This document shows, one piece after another, positions 54,282 to 64,000 of a stretch of 64,000 nt of DNA. Each line of letters opens with the position of its first letter. Within the stretch, counting starts at the first letter, position 1. The translations under genes were made by a program, and so were the position numbers. Origin of the DNA: the human T2T-CHM13v2.0 reference genome, Homo sapiens; NCBI RefSeq assembly GCF_009914755.1, contig NC_060927.1. One strand, given 5' to 3'. Below the pieces are notes generated by a model, which was not told where the DNA came from, did no database searches, and saw only the letters and a list, made by a program, of their open reading frames with translations.

Positions 54282-55689
54282 ATGACTTCGTGGTTTGGTT
54301 AGTTTGGATTCTGAAGTATTCCAGAAACTCAATAGGTAGAATATATTGCTGCATAAAATATGGAAAAACTATAAAAAAGAAATTAAATATATTTTAAGAA
54401 ACTCAAATGAAAAGTTATTGACATTTTAATTCAAATTCATATTGCTAAGTCTGTTCGCCAGCAACAGTAGAAGACATAAACTCTTTTTATTTGTTCATAA
54501 CTTTAAGCTATAAAAGACATCATTATTAACACTTTTTTCTCATATAGTAGTGCAGCCTTCAAGTTTAAGAGCTTGGAAAAGTAAAGAGAACATGCAGAGT
54601 ATTAATAACATTATGGAGTTGTCTAGGACTTGGTATGTATATGCTTTTTTATTCCTCTGACTTGTTCACATGCATTATCTCATTTGAGACTCAGAGCCAG
54701 CCTGCGAGATGGATAGGAAGGGTCTTATTCCCATTCACCAGAGCTGTATACTAAGGCATGGAGGTTTAAGTGACTTGCCCAAGGTCACCTAACTAGTAAA
54801 TGTCAGGGCTGCTACCAAAAGTAAAGCCTCCCACGTTGCCAGTCACTGCTACATTTTGTCCAATCTGCCATCCCAATTGCTCTTTGTCTTTTCAGTGTCA
54901 CTGCCTACCCTGGGTGGGTACTTAATTCCTGGGGAGGTTGCATCCTTCCCCTAGTTATCTCCTATACCAGTTAATCTGACCTCTCAATCAGTTTCTTTCT
55001 ACAGTAGACCTTGAGTGCCTCCCCTGTGCCACAGCTAGAAGACTCTTCCTAGAGTTTATGCACAATCTTGTCACTGCCAGTTGGAGAGTCTTCAGGGTCT
55101 TCTTGTTACCAACTACATACATCACTACCTCCTCCCTCTGACTCTCAGGCCCTGCCATCACTGCACCCACCTGTCTTTCTAGCCCTGCCTCCACATTCTC
55201 CCTGTTAGTCTGCAAAACACCAACCCAACTGCGTGAGTGTCTTCACTTAGACCCTGTCTGCTCTCCTGCCTGCTGCTTTGTGCATGTTGTGTGCTCCACC
55301 TATAACACCTCCCACCACCACTCTTGGAGGAGGACCTGTGCCTCCAGCCTCCTTTCAAATGAGACTCTCCAAAAGCAACCATCACCCACTGGCTCCAAAT
55401 TCGGGGATCTCTCCTCTCTTAAACCCTGTACCCCTTTGGACCCACATCATGGCATTGATTCTCCCCTGTGACACCCTAGACTGTCCTGGTTCTTTTTATT
55501 AGAGTCTGTGGGTAACTTGAAGTTAGGTACCTACAGAGTGACATAAAAGGAGAGGGCACCTGCTTTGGAGTCATAAAACTGGGCTCAATTCACCCTGTTC
55601 CCCTACTTACCAGCCATGGGAACTTCAATTTGTCATTAGGCTATTTCTGGAATGACTGGAATGTGTGATGGAGGGTAATACAAAGTAGT

Positions 55690-55807
55690 GTCTGTGTTCC
55701 ACTCCAAGAGATTTGGATGTAATTTGGGCTGGGGTGTGGCTTGGACATCAGAATTTTTAAAAGCTGCTCAGATGACTCTGAGGAGGAGCAAAGTTTGAGA
55801 GCCACTT
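55690..55807. mobile_element. MER5-like fragment
   Basis: CATCAGAATTTTTAAAAGCT..CAGATGA.TCT..AAGTTTGAGAGCCACT. Confidence 0.6.
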
Positions 55808-56964
55808 GGCTAACCTGCCTGAGTAAGTAGGTTAAAACTTACTCTGAGACCACATCCCTGCCACACAGGGTTCCTGGCACCATGTGAGCTGGCATGTGTG
55901 AAGCATCTGGGGGGGGATGCTCTCCATACGCTGCCAATAGATGGTGGTCATTATAATTATGATTACATTTTGTAATCTCCACAGTACTTGGCATCATATC
56001 TTGGACAGAGGAGGTGCTCAAAGCCTAGTTCTAAAATACAAAACATAAGAAAGTATGTGACAGATATGTGATCTGTCTATGACCTCATGAGGGCTTGTGA
56101 GGCATGTGTGAAAGCCCTTAGTGGAAGATCATTTATTGCGTGCTCCTCTGTGCCAGGCATCTGGACCATTTCGGTGATGATGCTTGTCACAAATGACCTG
56201 TAAATGGCTTTGCGTGCCTCATCCTGAACACAGCGGCAGTGGACCATAGTGGGCCCTCTGCCCCTGCAGATGCATGCAGGATTTCCACCTGAGATTGCCT
56301 CCTGCCATCCATTGAGATGGAGCTGACCAGGTGCTGAAATTGTTGTTTCCAAGGGTAACTGTAGCCTCCTCAAGTCATAAGTCATGACAGGACAGTGGTC
56401 GGGAGAGGGTGAAAACTGTAGAAATAGTTCTTATATGTAATGATGGGATTCAGCTAAAGCTAAGGGAATGGTGACAAGATCCACTGTGAACCTGCCCTTT
56501 GCCCCATGTCAGTGCATTACAGAGTATTATGGAGGGCTGATGGTCTTTGTAAAAACTGGGGTAGGCAACATTGCTTTTAATGGTGACTTTTTGCCTTGAG
56601 GAAATCAATCAAAGGGAAGATTATGGTTTAGAATTATCAAACTTTCTTCTTTGCACTCATTTGCTCTTTACAGTCTGAATAGCTATTAGTAGTCCTTTTT
56701 GATGCCAGAGAAAAGAAGTGACCACTGAAGATCTGGGGTCTTAGTACTGTTAAATGAAATGCCTACAGAATAAATAGTACCTCTGATTATGAGGGATATT
56801 GAGGAGCTTCAGTGCTTTGCAGGGCTGGAGAGAAATTAGATGAGAGGCATCATAAAAGAGCAGTCAATTATATTAAAGATGAGTTGGCATCTTTTAATTT
56901 CTCACCAGATAATGAAATATCTATTTGAGCCTGAGGCTGTTGTTTCATTTCTGGTGTATTCAAC

Positions 56965-57160
56965 AAAATTTATTCAACAATCATTTATTGAGTGTTCCTC
57001 GGTGCCAGGCCCTGGGCTTGAGGCTGGAGATACACAAAGGAGTGGGCTACAGTTGCTGTCCTTGGGAAGATCCCTGTCTGCAAGGGAAAAGCTGTAGAAT
57101 GCAGAGCATTGCAGACTTCCTGGAGGAGGTATGGCCTGAGACAGGCTTGAAGAAAGGGGA
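56965..57160 (-). mobile_element. L2 3' fragment
   Basis: ATTCAACAA.CATTTATTGAG..GTGCCAGGCCCTG..GACTTCCTGGAGGAGG. Confidence 0.65.
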
Positions 57161-57531
57161 GCGGTTCCCCAAGCAGGAACAGTTGTTAAGCATGGAATGA
57201 GTCTATATCCAAGTGAGCCAAGGCTTACCCAGAAATTTAGCATTTCATTCATGAGCAGGAAGGTACCTTGAATTCTGAACCCACACATGGTTGCAGAGTA
57301 CAAACCAGACCCACATTCCAGTCACAGAGAATGGGACAAGACAGATCTTCCTTAATCAGCAGGTAGGGAAATGGAGACTGAAGGATGGGAGACATGGATT
57401 CTAGTCCAGCTGTGCCTCATGCCCATGTATGACATCAGCCTTCCTGGTCCCCTGGGCTCCAGTGTCACCATCTGCAAAATGAAACCTCTGGTAGTCTCTG
57501 AATCCCTGACCATAGGTGTTGAGGAGGGTCA

Positions 57532-57901
<370 letters not shown>

Positions 57902-59199
57902 TTAGTGGGTCCTCCTTTACTCTTTCAGGCATCCTAAAAGTATTTCAGTCCTCTGTCCTACCTCCAGACTGCAGGCAGAGGCTGAGTGAAGGAAATAATG
58001 ATGTTATTGTTAGCATCTCTCTGGGGATGTGAATACTAAGCTGAGTGGAGAGGAAAGAGTAGGCCACGGAGCCAGACAGTGGACTAAACACTCTGCTCCA
58101 TCACTTGCTGACAACATCACCCCTATTCTCAGAGTTTTGCTCTCCTTGTCAGTAAAATGACTGCAACCCCAGTTATTCAATGGCTTATAAGGATTCCATG
58201 AGCTCATCCGTGGAAGCCCATAGCAGAAGGCCTAGTCCATTGCTAGCACTCAGTAAATTGTAGTCAAGGACATGCATTAATGCTGTGACGGCTCCCACAG
58301 TGAAGGGGATTCATGATGAAGAATGCAGGGAGCAATGCTGGAGGTACCTCCTGCTGCCTTCCGCCAGGAAGAAGAGTGTGAGGACTGTAGAACCACTGTT
58401 TCCTCCTGCCTGGCCCACAGGTGGCTCTCAGTAGTAGTATTACATGACTGGATGGATGAACGAATGAATGAATGAATAGACAGAAATGGCCCTCCAGCAT
58501 TTTTGGCTCAGAATTTTTTCTGCATATGTGCCTCTATTACACATTAATTGCTCCTTTAGTCTACCTTAAAAAATTAAAAAGGACTTCTACAGTTTCATTT
58601 ATGGATGAAATGTTGGATAATCAGGTTCTTGATCAGACTGGTGGGAAAGGAAACTGCTCCTTATTTGGTGCTCACTGTGAGCAGGGCTCTGAGGGCTTTC
58701 GTGGCAGATGTCTGAGGTGAGGCCTTGTAGCCAGGGACCCTTGATCCTATAGCCCTAGGTGGGCTCTGGCAGGAGCGTGATCTGCCATGAACCATCCCCA
58801 CATTTCTGTGAGGTTTCCTTCATGACTGAGAAGCCACATCTCCATGGCTGCCTTGGATTCAAGGGAAGCATAATGTGGCTGAGAAGCAAGGCAGGGTGTC
58901 TGGTCTTCCCAAGCATCAAGTTCCAGCCACAGGCTTGTTAGTGACTGGCTCAGGTCAGTAGCCAGAACATAGAAACCCAGCTAAAAATTGGAGGGCTCAT
59001 CTCAGTAGAGCTTTCATAAGTGAATTTGTCTGATCTAAAGATAAGATGTTAGGAACTTGGGGGTTGGGGGGAAGGACTTGTCCTCAAGAACAAGGGCCAT
59101 CAGCTGGTCTGCAACACTGGAGACAGGGGTGTGTGGGGTAGAGGGAGAATAGGAACTTGGGGCTCTGACCCTGCCTGGCTGGGAAAAAATGGTACTCTT

Positions 59200-59526
59200 T
59201 CTCTCTCTCTTTGTCCTCTTTCTTTTCTTTCTTTCTTTTTTAAATTGAGACAGGGTCTCTTTCTGTCACCCAGGCCAGAGTACAGTGGTACAATCACGGC
59301 TCATTGCAGCCTTGACTACCTGAGTTCAAGCAATCCTCCTGCCCCAGCCTCCCGAGTAGCTGCAACTACAGATGTGTGCCACCATGCCCAGCTAAATTTT
59401 TAATATATTTGTAGAGATGGGGTCTCTCTTTGTTGCCTAGGCTGGTCCCAAACTCTTGGGATTCAATTTTCCCGCCTCGGCCTCCCAAAGTATTGGGATT
59501 ACAGGCATGAGCCACCACTCCTGGCC
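59200..59526 (-). mobile_element. AluJ
   Basis: GAGACAGGGTCTC, CAGCCTTGAC, CAATCCTCC J diagnostics; TSD AAATGGTACT on both sides. Confidence 0.9.
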
Positions 59527-61944
59527 AGAAATGGTACTTTCAAGAAGCTGATATTGCCCACCCTGGCACAGTTCTAGGGAAGGATGGGCAGGGTCTGTGG
59601 TTTTATCAGGAAGAAGAATTTAGTTTAGCATTGTGAAGCCTGGCCCTGGAACTTAGGGTGGAAACTGCTGAATTATTTAGAACAACTCAATCTTTATTGT
59701 TCTTTTTCCAAGTTGTGAATTTTGCAGTTCGACCCAAGCCCAAAGTGCTTGTAAGCCTGAGAGAAAGTGATTTTGATGTAAACATTTGTGGGAAACTGCA
59801 ATGACAGGGTGAAGACGCAGGCTTTGGGGCCTCAAAATGACACTGCCTGTCCTTTGAGAACCAGTTTGGAAACTGGAGCCATAGGGCAAGGACTAAAATC
59901 TCTGGTTTCCTGGACTCAACCAAGACATGTTCACACCTTCCTCCATAAGAATCTCTCTCTGTACTCCTGCCCACATCTAGAAGTGGTCCAAGATATGCTG
60001 TCAGTTGTCCTGCTCCAGGGGAGTGATATACCAGGGCTAATTTGGACCACCTTTCCCTGCTTCCCCAGAGGGCATCATGTGATCTCCCCAGGGCCCAGCA
60101 AAGGGGAGATGGGGTGTCTGGAAGAAAAGCAACGTTTCCAGGGAGCTGCATTGACTGAATTTACACTCTTGCTAAATGTTTTACAGCGTATGTTGCACTG
60201 AGTAAATTGAAATTGGGCAGGAAGGTTTTTAACTAATTCATCAGTCCAAGTAAATCCCTGTTAAGAGGTAGAAATGAGCTTTTATGGGGATAATAGCCAT
60301 AGGAAAACAAAGTACAATAATATTCTTCTCTTTCTAAATTGTATATAAAATCCATTGCTGGTTCCCTACTAAAGAGCCTAATGCCTTGCATGGTAATTTA
60401 TTCTGGGTAATCAGGCCTGAGGGTTGTTGGCAGACTGGCAGCCCCCTGGCCCTGTACAGAGGTCTAGGATATTCATCTTAGAGAGGAGAGCGGAGGAGGA
60501 GAGTCAGGTGGGATGGTAGTGGTGTGGCCAAGATTACAGGGCTCTAAGGGGCAGGTGGGGTGAGGGTGCTATCTCACTCTGAGTGCCTCACTCTCATGCT
60601 TCAGCTCACATAGTCCCAGGATATCTCTATGGAGGAGGAGCTGTGTGTGCAGACAGGAGGCTGAGACTCTGAGTGAGAAAGTGCATTCTAAAATGCCTCC
60701 TGGCTGGTTAGAGACAAAGCTGGGAGTGGTAACCTCCACCCTGGGCCTTGATATAAGAGCTGTAGCTTCCTAGAGCCCTAAGGATGGGGAGTAGCAGGCA
60801 CAGCCTCAAGAACTGGGGTGGGAGGTAGGGCTGAGGAAGTCTGCCAAGATAGCACCTTGGGCAAAGTGGGGGGCACTAGGAAGAACTGAATGAGTTCTTC
60901 AGGCCCTGGCATGGGAAGAGGAGGCTGCAGGACCTGGGCTTGATTGTGTACTCCCTGCAGTCAGAGGCCACACCTCTCACAGACCCACTGTCTCCGTAGT
61001 GCCTGGCATGGAGTGAGTGCTTGTTGAGTGTTAATGAATGAATACCATTATGTCTGATATTAATTGCAAATGTGACATAGGATTATGAGAAGTCATTCAA
61101 CTTAATCAGGACCGAGAGGCTGATGGAGGCATCACAAAATAGCATTCAGGAGCTCTTGGTTATAAGAAAGAAGCTGTGATGTCTTGCCCTCAGACACATG
61201 TGAAGATAGGAATGAAACAACTTGGGCTTCTTGAAACACAACTTCATGAAGACAGGGACTGTGTTCTGGTCGTATGTATGTCCCAGCATCCAGGCCAGGC
61301 TGACACATAGTGGGACGCAGGGGGTGCTTGTCCAGTGAATGAGTGAATGGACAATTTCCCCACCACCTCTCTGCAGTGAATGGATGCTCTCTGTCATGCC
61401 ACAGCCATGGCAACAGCTGCCACAACACAGGAGCTGCCACAACAACAGGCTGCATTGGGTTCTTGCAGCCTGTGAGGCAGTGTGCTAAGGGCTTTTGACA
61501 CCGTACTACATGTAATTCTTATGACACAGTTATGAGGCAGGTACTAGTACAGAGAGACTCAGGTTTGTGGGTAGCATTAAGTTGACTTTTCCATGAAGTG
61601 ATTTCAAATCAAAAGACTGAAAAATACAACTAATCAAGCTACCATAACCCCCATGGGCAGATCGTGGTTGTATGCAGAACATTGACATTTCAGAATCTGT
61701 CCAACACTCTGTCACCAAATGTTTTTGCAGAGTAGTCATAGCTGGCAGACTAGCCTGTAGATTATAGGAAGAGCCTGCTCTACTACCCTGGGGATCGGGA
61801 GCCTCCTGGTGGGATAGTGCCCTTATCTCCTTTGCTGATGTACCCTGATCCCTTTCTCTGGGTCCATCCAGGAATTAAAGGCCTTCCAGGATGGGCAGAG
61901 CCATCTAAATTTGCCACAAATCTGAATATAAAGAAGAGAATTAC

Positions 61945-62190
61945 TAACATCTGCCACTTAAGGAAGCAGCATCTGTGTGCAAGGCACTGAGCCAGGTGCT
62001 CTGCATATGGGATTTCAGAGAATTCATCAAACAAAGTGGGAAGTAGGTACTGTTCTCCTCAGTGCACGGATGAGGGAAACTGAGGCTCAGGGACTTTAAA
62101 CAACTTGCCCCAAGCCACTCAGCTAGTAAGTGGTAGAGCCAGGATTCAAATGGAATCTGCCTGAGGTCAAAGTCCCTCCCTTTCCCACTG
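61945..62190 (-). mobile_element. MIR
   Basis: GAAACTGAGGCTCAG..AACTTGCCC.AAGCCAC.CAGCTAGTAAGTGGTAGAGCCAGGATTCAAA. Confidence 0.75.
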
Positions 62191-64000
62191 TGCCCAGAGT
62201 GCCAAGTCCTGGGATGAATTCACTCAGCAGGGATAGCTGGGGCAGAGGAAAGAACAGTGCCCACTGTCCTGGCTCAGCATACAGTTGCTACTGTGGCCTC
62301 GGACTGGTCATCTCACCTCTCCAAGCCTCCTCTCCCACACCTGTAATATGAGGGTGTGAAACACGCTGAGGGGTTGATTCCCTAGGGTTATTTGTGCACT
62401 TCTGTGTGTGCATTGATGTGTGTGTGCATGCATGTGCACACATGTGTGTTGGCAAGAGACCTACAACCGTCCCAAGCAATTATACTGCCTAGAAGGCAAA
62501 TATTCAGTTTACTCCTTTAGAGACCTCCAATAATGAAGCACCCGCCCGCTCCATCTGCCTCCTCTTCCTGCTCCAGCCAGTTGCCACCTGGACCTGGGGC
62601 CTGGGGAGGACAAGCAGACACTCCATTTGCAAACAGGAATCAGTGGGGGAGAAAAGACAAAACCTCAAACTCTCTATCCTGCCTGCCAGTGCTAGCATTT
62701 AATTTGCAGGTGAGAATATGAGTCAGTGTTATTCCCGCTGTTTCCTCAAGTGTTCCTGGGTCCTTAGATGATCTCTCATCCCCACCACATCTCTTCTACC
62801 AAGGAGCTGGCTGGGAAATGCTTTGGAGACACACAGGCAAGCAGGCTGCAGGTTCGTACAGGGATGGAACAAGGGATAAAGGAAGAATGGACAGAAGGAG
62901 GGAAGGAGAGGCCCCAGAGAAAAGCACCTCATGGTGGGAGAACACCATGAGCAGGAGCCCTCTTTGGCTGGCATCCCTGGGCTCAGGCCTCCATGGTCTC
63001 CTGAGTCTTACTACACTGACCTCTGTTCTTCTCTTGTTCTTCCAGAAACCTAGATTGATCTTGAGTAAAATGAGGGCATTAGCCATAAACAGTATCAACT
63101 GTGCTGTTTTTACCCCCTTACTCATGAATGTCTCAGGAACCTGCTAGATTAAGTATTTTGGCATCAGGGTGGCTGAGTCTGTGCCAGCACCATTCCAATT
63201 CACATGCTTTGGACCATTTCTGGGACGCTCCTTTGTTCATACTGACTTTTTTGTTAACCAGGTCTGTGTGGCCTGGAGGCTGGTGGGGCTGGGGAGGCGG
63301 TGGGGGGCAGTGGGCAAAGCCCTGAACAGGCAGCCTGGGCATTGCAGAAGAGCCACTGCTTAGCATAGAACAGACCTGCAGGTGCTTCTGTATACTGGCC
63401 AGGGCAGAGGTCAAACACATTGTTTTTTATTCTTCACCTGCTGAGAAAAATATAGCTTTGGAATTGAGATTATTTTTCCATGGTCTCTGCTCAGCGTGTT
63501 CTTAATGCTTCCCTTGCTGGCCTGTTTCTGTGATGCATGATGACATGAGACAGAACTGACATTTCCCATTTCGACACTGGGAGGGGCTGGCTCTGAGGAA
63601 GGCCCCCAAGCAGGAACATTCACATCTGGGGAACCCTGTGCCAAACACAAGCACCAGAGAAAGGGCTTGTGCAGAGCTGAGAGAGAAACAAAAGAGACAT
63701 TTTACCTTAATGGAACCAGGAGCAGAAAAAAGCAAGGGATCCTGAGCTCCTCTCTGCAATAGTTCAAAAAATTTGAGTCTAACAAAACCAAGTATCTGTT
63801 ATTGCCAGGCACCCTGTTAGGCCTTTCCCAACCCTGTTGGTGTTAGAACTGTTTTCTCATGGGATATCTATACACTTGTTTTTGAACTGTTGCTCTGGGG
63901 ATAATGTCTTCTTCCTCATTAAAAACTCTCTGATATGTGAGAGCGTGGGACAGAGACTGAGAGAATGAGCGTGTAAACTTCAAGTTTGGACGTTTAGGTT

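Overview
Primate, almost certainly human, genomic DNA covering the 5' end of CLSTN2 (calsyntenin-2). It contains about 20 kb of repeat-rich upstream sequence, a CpG-island promoter (~19.9-21.8 kb), coding exon 1 (ATG 20729 to donor after 20837; 109 nt; MLPGRLCWVPLLLALGVGSGSGGGGDSRQRRLLAAK) and 43 kb of the long intron 1. Exon 2 is not in the window. Everything else is Alu, L1, L2, MIR, MaLR/ERVL LTRs, DNA transposons and microsatellites, and the other listed ORFs look spurious. I find no new protein-coding system. The most unusual signals are: (i) three short locally templated insertions between 37 and 48 kb, one a composite inverted insertion; (ii) a candidate TDP-43-type cryptic exon directly behind a long (UG)n tract; (iii) an L1PA with apparent serial 3' transductions; (iv) a compact G4/POU/CRE promoter module. 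Repeat subfamily names come from recalled consensus sequences, and boundaries of old repeats are approximate.
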